This document shows, in pieces, positions 44,927 through 59,220 of a stretch of 64,000 nt of DNA. The stretch is from contig JBPOFZ010000027.1 in assembly GCA_051252175.1 (NCBI GenBank), positions 1,238 to 65,237 of the forward strand, in the 5' to 3' direction. Both the position numbers and the translations under genes were made by a program. The stretch comes from Opitutaceae bacterium. Lineage in GTDB: Bacteria > Verrucomicrobiota > Verrucomicrobiia > Opitutales > Coraliomargaritaceae. Position 1 is the first letter of the stretch. Each line of letters begins with the position of its first letter. Under the pieces are notes generated by a model, which ran no database searches, was not told the DNA's origin, and worked only from the letters and a program-made list of their open reading frames with translations.

Positions 44927-45451
44927 TTACGATTCCTCGCCGTTTTCCTTGCGGACTTTCGCCTGCAAAACGTTGACGAGACCTTGAGGAACTGCATTGA
45001 TGACGCGAACGAAACCAGTTGCAGGTTGTGAAAGCAATCCAAGCAATTGTCCACGAAGCGCTTCCAACCCTGGAAGTTTCGCAAGTACTTCGATTTCTTC
45101 CTTCGAAAGTGCACGCTCATTGAGGATACCTGCCTTCATTTCGACCTTGTCCTTCTTCTTGAAGAACTCACCGATCAACTTAGCAACGCCCGATGGATTG
45201 TCTCCACCGACGATGATTGCAGTTTGACCGGAAAGGTGCTCACTCAAATCAGGGAGATCCTTAGCTGCGGCTGCGACACCAAAGATACTGTTCTTGATGA
45301 CGTGGAATTCGGCACCATGCTCAGAAAGCTGACCACGAAGGTCTGCGATTTCTTCAACAGTGATACGCTCGTAATTTGTAAGATATACGTAGTCGGACTT
45401 TTCAAGGTGAGTACTCACCTCTTCGACGAGATATTGTTTTTCTGGTCTCAT
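44927..45451 (-). CDS. rplJ: 50S ribosomal protein L10
   Basis: 174 aa with an L10-like sequence, positioned between rplA and rplL. Confidence 0.93.
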   Translation of the reverse strand: MRPEKQYLVEEVSTHLEKSDYVYLTNYERITVEEIADLRGQLSEHGAEFHVIKNSIFGVAAAAKDLPDLSEHLSGQTAIIVGGDNPSGVAKLIGEFFKKKDKVEMKAGILNERALSKEEIEVLAKLPGLEALRGQLLGLLSQPATGFVRVINAVPQGLVNVLQAKVRKENGEES

Positions 45452-45469
45452 TGTATGTAAGCCTCCGTA

Positions 45470-46171
45470 TTATTTGTTATAAGGCGCAGCATCGATGCTG
45501 ATGCCTGGGCTCATTGTAGCACTCACGGCGAGTCCCTTGAGAAATTTACCCTTATGGCTGTCAGGTCGTGCAGCGATGAGTGCTTGGATAGCAGCTTCAG
45601 CATTTTCCTGAATTTGCTCAGGAGTGAAAGAGCGCTTGCCAACAACGACAGCAACGTTCGCCGTCTTGTCCATTTTGAACTCAACGCGACCAGCTTTCAC
45701 AAGCTTGATTCCTTCAGCGATGTCGTCTGTAACTGTGCCAGACTTAGGATTCGGCATCAAACCACGTGGTCCAAGAACACGAGCGACCTTACGAACGCTC
45801 TTCATAGCACTGGTTGTGGAGATAGCGACATCGAAGTCGATCCATCCGCCGGTTACTTTCTCGATCAATTCGTCGAGACCTGCTTCATCCGCGCCGGCTT
45901 CGAGAGCTTCTGCTGGATTTTCGGTGAATACGATGACGCGCACTGTCTTACCGCTACCGTGAGGAAGCTGGAGCGTGCCGCGAACCATCTGATCGCTCTT
46001 ACGAGGATCCACCGCGAGGTGAGCGTAGATTTCAACGGTTTCGTCGAACTTCGCTTTTGGTAGTTTGTTTAATAACGCAGACGCTTCTTCAACCGAGTAG
46101 GTCTTCGTAAGGTCAGTCATTTCGACTGCCGAACGATAGCGCTTGCTTCCCTTTATTTGCTGGGTGGCCAT
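45470..46171 (-). CDS. rplA: 50S ribosomal protein L1
   Basis: 233 aa. L1 motifs (DETVEI...LPHGSGK, RVLGPRGLMPNPK). Confidence 0.96.
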   Translation of the reverse strand: MATQQIKGSKRYRSAVEMTDLTKTYSVEEASALLNKLPKAKFDETVEIYAHLAVDPRKSDQMVRGTLQLPHGSGKTVRVIVFTENPAEALEAGADEAGLDELIEKVTGGWIDFDVAISTTSAMKSVRKVARVLGPRGLMPNPKSGTVTDDIAEGIKLVKAGRVEFKMDKTANVAVVVGKRSFTPEQIQENAEAAIQALIAARPDSHKGKFLKGLAVSATMSPGISIDAAPYNK

Positions 46172-46225
46172 GTTTTGTATATCTTTTGTGGTTAATGAAA
46201 TCCGGAATGGATTTCGCTAAAAATG

Positions 46226-46651
46226 TTAGCCCTCGATTTCGAGACCCATTGAACGAGCTGTGCCAGCGATGATGTTGAAAGCAGCATCTTCGGTAGTCGC
46301 ATTGAGGTCGTTCTTTTTGATCTCGCAGATCTCAAGCACTTGCTTGCGCGTAACCTTACCGACTTTGTCGCGATTTGGCACACCAGATCCCTTTGCGATT
46401 CCGGCTGCCTTCTTTAGAAGAATCGCAGCTGGTGGAGACTTAAGGATGAAACTGAAGGAACGGTCAGCATAGACAGTGATAACGACTGGCAGAATCATAC
46501 CTGCTTGGTCTTTTGTCTTGGCATTAAACTCCTTACAGAAGCCCATGATGTTAACACCTTGTGCACCCAACGCTGGACCAACTGGAGGAGCTGGATTTGC
46601 GGAGCCCGCAGGTAATTGTAGACGAATTTGTCCTGTGATTTTTTTAGACAT
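46226..46651 (-). CDS. rplK: 50S ribosomal protein L11
   Basis: 141 aa. [35 protein letters not shown]. Confidence 0.97.
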   Translation of the reverse strand: MSKKITGQIRLQLPAGSANPAPPVGPALGAQGVNIMGFCKEFNAKTKDQAGMILPVVITVYADRSFSFILKSPPAAILLKKAAGIAKGSGVPNRDKVGKVTRKQVLEICEIKKNDLNATTEDAAFNIIAGTARSMGLEIEG

Positions 46652-46657
46652 GGCTGA

Positions 46658-47224
<567 letters not shown>

Positions 47225-47269
47225 ATGCGCGTATGTATATAATATTAAGAGGTAGCGAAACCGCTAAGA

Positions 47270-47476
47270 CTAGCCGCGCACCCAAGAGGTGAGCAACTCG
47301 ACACCATTCATCAGCGAGAAGTCAATCAGCGCGATGTATGAGCCAAGAATCGCAGTAGCGACCAACACAAGGATCGTCGAATCGCGCAATTCAGTTTTTG
47401 TAGGCCAAGAAGCCTTTTTAAGCTCGGTAATTGTCTCTTTATAAAAGAGACGAATGCTGGTGAATGGATTTTTCAT
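47270..47476 (-). CDS. secE: preprotein translocase subunit SecE
   Basis: 68 aa with a single C-terminal TM helix. ELKKASWPTKTEL motif. Canonical position upstream of nusG. Confidence 0.9.
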   Translation of the reverse strand: MKNPFTSIRLFYKETITELKKASWPTKTELRDSTILVLVATAILGSYIALIDFSLMNGVELLTSWVRG

Positions 47477-47486
47477 TTTTTGAAAA

Positions 47487-47565
<79 letters not shown>

Positions 47566-47657
47566 AAAAAATTAACTAAAATTCGATTTAAACAGTGAAG
47601 CCGAGAGCCCTAATAGAGCCCTCGGCGAAAACTGTGATGTGCGGTAAGCGTCAGTGA

Positions 47658-48848
<1,191 letters not shown>

Positions 48849-48887
48849 GATGTTATTTAGTGTTGAGAGATTGCTTTGATGTTGAGA

Positions 48888-48962
<75 letters not shown>

Positions 48963-49105
48963 ACATTAGAAAAGTTGAATAAGTCGACTTCCAACAACGC
49001 GGGGTTGAAAAAAGAAAGATGGGCAAAGTGGTTGGCGGGTATACGGCAGTCAACACTTAATTGCAAAAAATGATATGTACAAAATTAGCCCTAATTCCCG
49101 CTTGT

Positions 49106-49954
49106 TTAGCGGGTTAGAAGACGACGCACCCCGTTCGATATCAAGTAAACCGCAGCCGCCAGTAAAATAATTGAGGGTCCAGTCGGCAAATCCAGCGAAA
49201 AACTGACGCCGAGTCCCACAAAGACGAAAAGAAAGTTCATAACAATGGCGGCAAACAGCATCCCACCGAGGCTCCGCGCCCGCAACGCCGCAATCGCCGG
49301 CGGCAGCGTTAAGAGTGCGATCACAAGTACAATCCCCACTAAGGAAACTAGAATCACCACGGTGAGCGCCGTCAATAAAAGCAACAACAGATAGATCCAA
49401 TCCGCCCGCACGCCGCGAATCGCCGCAAATTCGGCATCAAAGCACACGGCAACGATCTGACGATGCCAAACCAGCAAGATACCTCCAATCAAAGCGCCAA
49501 CCGCGCCCGCAAGCCATAGATCCGAATGCGTGACTAGTAAAATGTCCCCAAAGAGATACGCCATCGGATCGATATAGCCGGGCGTTCGCGCGATAAACAG
49601 CAATCCAATTGCCATACCCGTTACCCAAATCGCGCCGATGACTGCGTCTTCACGTTGTTTTGCACGCAAAGAAACCCATCCTATAAGCATTGCAGAGAGC
49701 ACTGCGGCAATGAGCGCACCGACCATCGGATGAACCCACCCCCAGCCAAGCGCTTCGCGGCAATAAAGTGACGCACCAATTCCACCAAGAACCGAATGCG
49801 CGATCGCAGCCGCGAGGTAGCTAATGCGCCGCGCAACCACAAAAGTCCCCACTGCCCCAAGCGGCAGACTTCCAATCAACCCCAAAAACAGCGCATTCCT
49901 CAAGAATGTCAGATCTGGATCCAGCAACGCCTGAAAAAACTCAGCCACACTCAC
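49106..49954 (-). CDS. metal (Zn/Mn) ABC transporter permease, ZnuB/TroC-type
   Basis: 282-aa polytopic membrane protein of the ABC-3 family type. Last gene of a three-gene importer operon. Confidence 0.85.
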   Translation of the reverse strand: MSVAEFFQALLDPDLTFLRNALFLGLIGSLPLGAVGTFVVARRISYLAAAIAHSVLGGIGASLYCREALGWGWVHPMVGALIAAVLSAMLIGWVSLRAKQREDAVIGAIWVTGMAIGLLFIARTPGYIDPMAYLFGDILLVTHSDLWLAGAVGALIGGILLVWHRQIVAVCFDAEFAAIRGVRADWIYLLLLLLTALTVVILVSLVGIVLVIALLTLPPAIAALRARSLGGMLFAAIVMNFLFVFVGLGVSFSLDLPTGPSIILLAAAVYLISNGVRRLLTR

Positions 49955-50013
49955 CTCCTGTCAAAAAACCTTCACCATTCGAAGTTCGACGTTCAATGCT
50001 CAATATTCGCCCC

Positions 50014-50820
50014 TCAGTCATGATGATGCCCTCCGTGACTGTCTAAATGCTCGTGGTCGTGCTGAACCATACTCACATCATAACCATACAGCTCCCGAAT
50101 ACGCTGATCGGTCAACTCACGCGTCGGATGTATATGCACACATCGATTGACGCAGACCACTTTAGGAACGGAACGTGAAACAAAAGCCAAGTCGTGCGAA
50201 ACCGTAATCAAAGTGAGGTGCTCATCCAACTCCTTCAAGCTAGACATGAGGCGCTCTTCGGCCGCGACATCTACATGCGCGGTTGGCTCATCGAGCAACA
50301 GCACCTCTGCTTTCGCAGCCAAGGCACGAGCGATCAGCGTTGCTTGCCGTTGACCACCTGAAAGACTGGCAAAGGGCTCACGCGCTTTAGCGCTTAGACC
50401 CATTTTATCCAGCGCCTCCAGAGCAAGAGCGAGATCCTGCTTACTTCGAAAACCAAAAGTGCGCCTATTAAGACAGCCCATAAGGACAACATCGAGCGCC
50501 GACACTGGAAACAATGGATCAAAATCAATGTGCTGCGGGACGTAACCGACACGAGATCGCGATTTTTTGGGCGCTTCGCCGAGCAAGCGCACAGTTCCCG
50601 ATTCTGGCTGGAGAAGCCCCAGCATGAGCTTCAACAAGGTGGACTTCCCTCCCCCATTGGGTCCAACGACACAAACAGATTCACCTTTAAAAACGTCGAA
50701 ATCCGCATCCTCCACCACCAAGGAACGCCCATAGCGAAACGAAACACCTTCAAAACAAACCACCGGTTCGCCTGCATGTGTTTCGCAATTACATCCTACA
50801 TGTCCATCGGGCTCGCTCAT
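50014..50820 (-). CDS. metal ABC transporter ATP-binding protein, ZnuC-type
   Basis: Walker A GPNGGGKST, signature LSGGQRQ, Walker B LLLDEPTAHVD. His-rich C-terminal tail HDHEHLDSHGGHHHD. Confidence 0.88.
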   Translation of the reverse strand: MSEPDGHVGCNCETHAGEPVVCFEGVSFRYGRSLVVEDADFDVFKGESVCVVGPNGGGKSTLLKLMLGLLQPESGTVRLLGEAPKKSRSRVGYVPQHIDFDPLFPVSALDVVLMGCLNRRTFGFRSKQDLALALEALDKMGLSAKAREPFASLSGGQRQATLIARALAAKAEVLLLDEPTAHVDVAAEERLMSSLKELDEHLTLITVSHDLAFVSRSVPKVVCVNRCVHIHPTRELTDQRIRELYGYDVSMVQHDHEHLDSHGGHHHD

Positions 50821-51659
50821 TATTTAAAACTCGAGGCAAGTCGGTCCGCGATGAGTTGTATATTCGTAAAATAGTCCTCCGCCAAAGGATTGAGCTCCAC
50901 CGCTTCAACTTTTAAGGCACGCGCAAGCACGACCGCACTCGAACGCCCAAACTCTGGCTGTGTAAACACAGCGCCCACTGCATCCGCACGAGCCGCCTTA
51001 ATCAGTTCCGCCACACGACGAGCGGACGGATTCGTACCCGCCTGCTCTAGCGAGCGCTGAACCAAGCCATAGCGTTCAGCGAAATGCCCCAGCGCCGGGT
51101 GGTTGATATAAAATGCACGCCCGCCAAAAGGAGCTAATTGCTCCTTAAGCGCAGCATCCTTTTGCTTGAGCTCGGAAATCACACGATCTGCATTGGCTTG
51201 AAACAAAGCTTCCTTCGACGGTTCCAACCCAGCAAGAAGTTCACGCACCTCACCGACAAACTCAATCATCACAATCGGGTTCATCCATATATGCGGATCT
51301 TGATCACCGTGCACGCAGCCTTCGTGATGATCGTGAGGCTCAGCCAGTTCGCCCGTCTGCAAGACACGCACATTTGGCATAAAGGCTTTGAGACGGTGAA
51401 GAACTTGGTGCTCCACCGGCAAGCCCATGCCCACATAGGCGTCTGCTTTTGCTAGCCTCGCAAACTGCGTCGCGCTCGGTGAATACAGCTCAGGGCTCTG
51501 CCCAGGTTTCACAAGAGTTTGCACCGACACTTCATTTCCACCCACACGCTCCACAAAATATTTCTGTGGGGCGATGGTCACCCACAGCTCCACGGCTTGC
51601 AGCGGTAGAGCGACAAGCGAAGCAAGTGATGCCATGGCAAATACAAATAGAGTCTTCAT
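50820..51659 (-). CDS. metal ABC transporter substrate-binding protein, ZnuA-type
   Basis: Signal peptide. His-rich loop EPHDHHEGCVHGDQDPHIW. One-nt start/stop overlap with the ATPase gene. Confidence 0.85.
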   Translation of the reverse strand: MKTLFVFAMASLASLVALPLQAVELWVTIAPQKYFVERVGGNEVSVQTLVKPGQSPELYSPSATQFARLAKADAYVGMGLPVEHQVLHRLKAFMPNVRVLQTGELAEPHDHHEGCVHGDQDPHIWMNPIVMIEFVGEVRELLAGLEPSKEALFQANADRVISELKQKDAALKEQLAPFGGRAFYINHPALGHFAERYGLVQRSLEQAGTNPSARRVAELIKAARADAVGAVFTQPEFGRSSAVVLARALKVEAVELNPLAEDYFTNIQLIADRLASSFK

Positions 51660-51694
51660 CAGCTAGCAGTTACTCACAACGGCATATTGACAAC

Positions 51695-52396
51695 TCACAA
51701 CCCCAAAATCTTGCGCAAAAACAATTCTCGATGAATCGGAGAGGGGCCGTGCGCGTGCAAGGCTTCGCGATGTTTCTTCGTGCCATAGCCTTTGTGCACT
51801 TCGAAACCGTATTCGGGGAGTTGCTTTGCCAATTCAGTCATCGCTCGGTCGCGAGTGACTTTTGCTGCGATGCTCGCCATGGCGATCGAAAGCGATTTGC
51901 CATCTCCTTTCACGATACCTTCGTGAACATACGGAAAGGGTTTCAACGGGCGGCCGTCTACGATGAGTTGAACGCTCGTCGCTGCATCTTCAAAAAGTGG
52001 TCCATCTAATTCAACCGCAGGCAACTTCCAATCCGTCGCGCGTGAAGCCAACACCTCGACAGCGCGCTGCATCGCCAGTCGAGTCGCTCCGAGAATATTG
52101 AGTTCTGCAATCTCAGCGACAGATCCGGAGCCTACCGAAAAATCTAACAGCCCTTCGGCTTGCAGTTGCTGGATGACTACTAACTGCGCCTCCCGCGCAT
52201 CGGCTTTAAGTTGCTTAGAGTCGTTTATCAAAGCACTCAGCTTGATCGCATCTGTTGATTCAAAAAACGCAGCGCTCAACACACAGACACCTGCGACGAC
52301 CGGACCCGCCAGGCAACCGCGCCCCGCCTCGTCGATACCGATGAGATGATCGACTTTCTTTAGGCGTTCGAAGTCGTGTGATTGTAATGCGTTCAT
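51695..52396 (-). CDS. rnhB: ribonuclease HII
   Basis: IGIDEAGRGCLAGPVV active-site motif. Start trimmed to ATG 52396 (MNALQSHDF...); the start is uncertain and the ORF extends to 52456. Confidence 0.88.
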   Translation of the reverse strand: MNALQSHDFERLKKVDHLIGIDEAGRGCLAGPVVAGVCVLSAAFFESTDAIKLSALINDSKQLKADAREAQLVVIQQLQAEGLLDFSVGSGSVAEIAELNILGATRLAMQRAVEVLASRATDWKLPAVELDGPLFEDAATSVQLIVDGRPLKPFPYVHEGIVKGDGKSLSIAMASIAAKVTRDRAMTELAKQLPEYGFEVHKGYGTKKHREALHAHGPSPIHRELFLRKILGL

Positions 52397-52469
52397 GGTT
52401 TCTTTGGGTAGAGATTCTCCCAAGAGGAATGCTGGGTATCCGGTCGGGCGGGTCAAGACACGCCCCGAA

Positions 52470-52504
52470 CAAAAAGACCCTCACACTCGCGGGAGTGAGG
52501 GTCT
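52470..52504 (-). terminator. rho-independent terminator after katG
   Basis: On the minus strand: AGACCCTCACTC-ccgc-GAGTGTGAGGGTCT (2-nt bulge) followed by TTTTTG, 23 nt after the katG stop. Confidence 0.7.
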
Positions 52505-52526
52505 TTAGGAACAGTCGAACCGGAAA

Positions 52527-54806
<2,280 letters not shown>

Positions 54807-54855
54807 TCATCTAACGCCTAGAAAAATTCTAACTTACAGTGGGCAGGCTATAGAA

Positions 54856-54890
54856 ACAAAAAAGGCGCAGTCTTCAAGCAACTGCGCCTT
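54856..54890 (-). terminator. rho-independent terminator after the MscS gene
   Basis: On the minus strand: AAGGCGCAGT-tgcttgaag-ACTGCGCCTT followed by TTTTTGTTTC. Confidence 0.75.
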
Positions 54891-54911
54891 TTCGTTTAGC
54901 GAAATATGAGA

Positions 54912-55784
54912 TTACTCCGCTTTAAATAAATGAACATCGCGCTGCGGGAACGGGATCGTAACATTTTCTTCGTCGAAGCGAATTTTGATGCGCTCCTGTA
55001 GTTCGAAGAACAAGTCCCAGTAATCCTCAACCTTCACCCATGGGCGAAACGCGAAGTTGATCGAGCTGTCTCCCATCTCCATGAGGCCGATGGTTGGCGC
55101 TGGCTCCGGCAGGATGCGCGGCTCGTTGTCCAAGATCTCTTGGAGGATCTGCTTCACTTTCTTGATATCATCGTCGTAGCTCACACCAGCGACGAGGTCG
55201 AGACGACGGGTGCCTTTTTTGCTGTAGTTTTCGATGACTCCACCGGTTGCAATCGCATTTGGAAGAACTTGGGTGCGGTTATCGAGTGTCACGAGTGTTG
55301 TGGTAAAAATACCGATTTCTTCGATGATACCTTCAGCACCACCGGCAACCACATAGTCATTCACCTTGTAAGGCTTAAAGATCAGGATCAAGACGCCTGC
55401 CGCAAAGTTGGATAGAGAGCCTTGCAACGCGAGGCCGACAGCCAAGCCGGCAGCACCAACGATCGCGACGAAAGATGTGGTCTGGATTCCTAGACGCCCC
55501 AGCGCGGTGATCACCACGATGACAATCAATGCGGCGTGCACCATAGATGTTCCGAAACCGACTAAAGACGGCTCCACTTTTCTCGCTTCGAGCAGCTTGC
55601 GCACACGCTGGCTGATAAAGTTAGCCAACATGCGACCGACGACAAAGATGACAATCGCCGCAACGACGTTTAAGCCATACTCAGTAATGGTCTCACTTAA
55701 TTTCTGTACAATCGCATCGAAATCAATCGACGATGAAGTCGCAGCAGCTTCTGCAACAGGTTCGGTGACATTGTCTTCTTCCAT
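54912..55784 (-). CDS. mscS: small-conductance mechanosensitive channel (MscS family)
   Basis: GAAGLAVGLALQGSLSNFAAGVLILIFKPYKVNDYV is the MscS TM3/beta-domain junction. The start is uncertain: ATG 55784 is preferred and the ORF extends to 55820. Confidence 0.85.
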   Translation of the reverse strand: MEEDNVTEPVAEAAATSSSIDFDAIVQKLSETITEYGLNVVAAIVIFVVGRMLANFISQRVRKLLEARKVEPSLVGFGTSMVHAALIVIVVITALGRLGIQTTSFVAIVGAAGLAVGLALQGSLSNFAAGVLILIFKPYKVNDYVVAGGAEGIIEEIGIFTTTLVTLDNRTQVLPNAIATGGVIENYSKKGTRRLDLVAGVSYDDDIKKVKQILQEILDNEPRILPEPAPTIGLMEMGDSSINFAFRPWVKVEDYWDLFFELQERIKIRFDEENVTIPFPQRDVHLFKAE

Positions 55785-55855
55785 GGTGCCGACGCTGGAG
55801 AACATTCTACAGTCTGGCAATCCACCGATTGAGCTTTCGACAAAAAGTTATCGAC

Positions 55856-56680
55856 CTACGCCATGGCTTCAGAACGCAGCTGCTCGTTCTGAAAATCCTC
55901 TGCTGAAAGCTCGATCACTTGATTTGCGAGCTGAGTCTTGAACTCATCATAGCTTAATACCTGAAGCGTACCATCTTCGTGCTCCACGATCGATGTCAAC
56001 GACTCGACCCAATCGCCAGAGTTCACATAGTGCACCCCATCGATCATCTTGTCGTCAGGTGTATGAATATGCCCACACATGACACCGTAGCAGCCCTTTG
56101 ACTTCGCCAGCTTCGCAACTTGTGACTCGTAGTTAGAGATAAAACTGACCGCGGACTTCACGCGGCTCTTAATGTATTTACTCAAAGAAAAGTTCCCCTT
56201 CCCCTGCCAACGCCACCAGCGGCTATAAACTCGGTTAAAGGTAAGCAGCCATTGATAGCCGAAATCACCGATGTGAGAAAGAATCTTCAGGTGTGTGGTC
56301 ACCAGGTCGAAAACGTCGCCATGGAGCACCAAATACTCGTTTCCTTGACCCGTTTTAAAGCGGTATTCCTCGCGGATCTTTATGCTAATAAAGTCCATCG
56401 GCATGAAGCGGCGAAGCAAGTCGTCATGATTGCCACGCAGATAAATGACTTCCGTGCCCTGCTTCTCCATTTTCTTTAGGATCAAGCGAACGAAACGCGT
56501 GTGGCTGTTTTCCCATTTACCCGAGCGGCTCAATTGCCACGCATCAATAATATCACCATTTAGAATCAGGCGATCACAGCGGGTGTGCTTTAAGAACTCA
56601 TTGACTTCGTCGATCTTACAATGAGGCGTGCCGAGGTGCACATCTGATAGGATGATGGTCTTATATCTTAGCTTCTTCAT
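55856..56680 (-). CDS. calcineurin-like metallophosphoesterase, LpxH-like (UDP-2,3-diacylglucosamine diphosphatase family)
   Basis: IILSDVHLG...LILNGDIIDAW...LRGNHD...LHGDVFD...GHIHTP are the metallophosphoesterase motifs in LpxH-like order. Confidence 0.65.
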   Translation of the reverse strand: MKKLRYKTIILSDVHLGTPHCKIDEVNEFLKHTRCDRLILNGDIIDAWQLSRSGKWENSHTRFVRLILKKMEKQGTEVIYLRGNHDDLLRRFMPMDFISIKIREEYRFKTGQGNEYLVLHGDVFDLVTTHLKILSHIGDFGYQWLLTFNRVYSRWWRWQGKGNFSLSKYIKSRVKSAVSFISNYESQVAKLAKSKGCYGVMCGHIHTPDDKMIDGVHYVNSGDWVESLTSIVEHEDGTLQVLSYDEFKTQLANQVIELSAEDFQNEQLRSEAMA

Positions 56681-56851
56681 AAATTATTGGAGCAAAGTGA
56701 TCTAGAGCACTTCGATACCACAGCTTCGATACTATACGACATTTGAAACAAACACGCCACACAGGCGTCACGATTTCGGAACAAAAAATATAACGAGTCT
56801 CCCAAAGGCTCTAACCCGCGATTCTGTAACAGAGTTAAACGAGTCCCAGTG

Positions 56852-57838
56852 TTAATACTTCGACCAGCTTGGTTTCGCTGGCGGTTCCAAGCCCTGAGCT
56901 TCGTAGGCGGTTTTGAAATGCATCTTCGCATATCCGGAAAGCGCCGCAGCTCCCTGCTCGTCGACGATCTTCTTGGCTTGAGCCAATACTCGACCGCTCG
57001 CCCCCTTCAGCAATTCCTCGCCAAGTTCCTCCGAGAGGCGCTTCATCTCGCGAACATAGATCGCCCGCGCTACAATCGAAGCCGCAGCGACTACCGGATC
57101 TTCTTCCGCCTTGGTGCGACTGATTAAATTAAAATCTTTGCGATCCTTCACGTAAGCATCCACGAGCTTCTGCTTCGTAAACTGATCCAGAATCCCCCAC
57201 GAAGCGGCTCGCTTTTCCAGCGCTTCGTTGAGCGATCGACCGTGATACCAAGCCAGCAGCTTGTTGAGATTATTACCGAATTTGCGGTAGAGATCGTTGT
57301 ATTTAGCCATCCGCGCAAACGCCGTCGCGATGACCACTCCTTTGGTATTTCGGATGACTTTATCGAGCTTCAGAATCGTATTGTCGGTAATCTTCTTACT
57401 GTCGCACACGCCTGCTTCGATCCAAGCACGCACCATATCGCCATCAGCGACGACACAGGCAGTGACCAGCGGTCCGAAGAGATCTCCCTTCCCGCTCTCA
57501 TCACAACCAGCATGCAGCTCATACCATTCGGGGTGGTGCACCTCATCGTAACCCAACCGGGCATCCATGGTGATCTGCGCCTCGACGACATCACGGACAA
57601 AATCCTCTGTCTTCTTGCCTTGCACGACCAATTTACCGCTTTGATAACCGACGACATTCAAGCCCTCTCCCTTAAAAGCAAAGAGCGAATACGCCACGTC
57701 GTAAGGGATGAACGCTCCTCCATTCTCGAGAATATCGGCTAGCTGATCCATTTGCTCATCATTCAGCTTGATCGTGTAGATCTTTTTAACTTTTGGGCCG
57801 TCGTCTCCGGCAGATGATTTGGACTTCTTTTTAGGCAT
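56852..57838 (-). CDS. rnhC: ribonuclease HIII
   Basis: N-terminal substrate-binding (DUF3378-like) domain followed by the GCDESGKGDLFGPLV motif characteristic of RNase HIII. Confidence 0.8.
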   Translation of the reverse strand: MPKKKSKSSAGDDGPKVKKIYTIKLNDEQMDQLADILENGGAFIPYDVAYSLFAFKGEGLNVVGYQSGKLVVQGKKTEDFVRDVVEAQITMDARLGYDEVHHPEWYELHAGCDESGKGDLFGPLVTACVVADGDMVRAWIEAGVCDSKKITDNTILKLDKVIRNTKGVVIATAFARMAKYNDLYRKFGNNLNKLLAWYHGRSLNEALEKRAASWGILDQFTKQKLVDAYVKDRKDFNLISRTKAEEDPVVAAASIVARAIYVREMKRLSEELGEELLKGASGRVLAQAKKIVDEQGAAALSGYAKMHFKTAYEAQGLEPPAKPSWSKY

Positions 57839-57948
57839 TTTTAAGACGTCAATTCACACCACTCCGTGGCTCAAATCAAGACTGGATCAACGCTCGATTT
57901 CAAAACCAGCTATTGAAAAACTATAAAAGTGCCCACATCACTACCTCG

Positions 57949-59214
57949 ATGACTACCGATACCTTTACGCTATGGTTTATGCAAATAGGGCTTCCCCAAG
58001 AGACTGCTGAAATGCTTGGCGTCTGTTGCACCTTCCTGTTCCTCATTTTACTAGCACTCGTCGCAAACTACTTGGCAAAGGGATTTATCAACAAGGTGAT
58101 CCACCCGGTCATTCACAAGACCGCAATTGCTTGGGATGACCTACTCATCGAGAAACGCGTTATCGTCCGCTTCTCGCATATCGTACCAGCAGCGGTCATC
58201 CACTTTTACGCTCCGACGCTATTTGCGAATTTCCCTGAACTCGTCGCGAATTTCGCAATCGTGGTGAACACCTACCTCATCATCATCGTCCTCTTCATTA
58301 TAGATGGTGCGCTCAATTTCCTCCGCGCGATATGGGAGGGCGGACCTGTGGGCAAGCGCTACCCAGCGAAGAGTTTTGTTCAAGCGGCGAAGTTGATCAT
58401 CAACATGATCGGCATCATCTTCGTATTATCGGCGGTTCTCGGGAAGTCGCCCCTCGTCTTCTTCTCAGGTTTGGGTGCCGTCACCGCGATCCTACTTTTG
58501 ATCTTTAAAGATGCGATTCTCGGGCTCGTCGCCGGCTTTCAACTATCCGTCAATCACATGGTGATGGTCGGCGATTGGATTGAGATGCCGGCACGCGGCG
58601 CGGACGGAGCTGTTGTCGATGTCTCGCTCACGACCGTAAAGGTGCAAAACTGGGACAAAACCATCACCACCATTCCGACCTACGCGTTGATCTCTGATTC
58701 GTTCAAAAACTGGCGTGGAATGAGCGAATCTGGCGGTCGTCGCATCAAACGTTCGGTGAATATCGATATGCGCACGATCCAGTTTGCTGACGAAAAACTG
58801 CTTGGCCGCTTTAAAAACATTCGCCTCCTCCGCGGCTACCTGAAGGACAAACTCGAAGAGATCCAGAAGTTCAACGCAGACGTCGGCGACGACCTCGAAG
58901 AGCTGGTCAACGGTCGCCGCTTGACCAACATTGGCACGTTCCGCGCCTACTGCGTCGCTTATTTGAAGAACCACCCAAAGGTACACCAGAAAGGCATGAC
59001 ACTGCTCGTGCGCCAGTTGGCTCCTAGTGACAAAGGGGTTCCGATCGAGCTTTATTTCTTTACCAACGACACCGCCTGGGTGAACTACGAAGATATCCAA
59101 GGCGATCTCTTCGACCACCTACTCTCGATCCTCCCGGAGTTTGGGCTCAGCCCCTACCAGGCACCCAGCGGCGCAGACGTGGAGAAGATCGGACTATCCA
59201 TCAAAACATCTTAA
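57949..59214 (+). CDS. mechanosensitive ion channel, YbdG/MscM-like
   Basis: GLGAVTAILLLIFKDAILGLVAGFQLSVNHMVMVGDWIEMP. The ORF track starts at TTG 57913; I prefer ATG 57949. Confidence 0.8.
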   Translation: MTTDTFTLWFMQIGLPQETAEMLGVCCTFLFLILLALVANYLAKGFINKVIHPVIHKTAIAWDDLLIEKRVIVRFSHIVPAAVIHFYAPTLFANFPELVANFAIVVNTYLIIIVLFIIDGALNFLRAIWEGGPVGKRYPAKSFVQAAKLIINMIGIIFVLSAVLGKSPLVFFSGLGAVTAILLLIFKDAILGLVAGFQLSVNHMVMVGDWIEMPARGADGAVVDVSLTTVKVQNWDKTITTIPTYALISDSFKNWRGMSESGGRRIKRSVNIDMRTIQFADEKLLGRFKNIRLLRGYLKDKLEEIQKFNADVGDDLEELVNGRRLTNIGTFRAYCVAYLKNHPKVHQKGMTLLVRQLAPSDKGVPIELYFFTNDTAWVNYEDIQGDLFDHLLSILPEFGLSPYQAPSGADVEKIGLSIKTS

Positions 59215-59220
59215 CTCCGC

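Noticed and set aside
49050-49400. 116-aa minus-strand ORF overlapping the ZnuB-type permease gene in another frame, plus small ORFs at 49437-49875.
   Set aside because: They are alternative frames of a clear membrane-permease gene and are Cys/Arg/Gly-rich, as expected from GC-rich off-frame translation.
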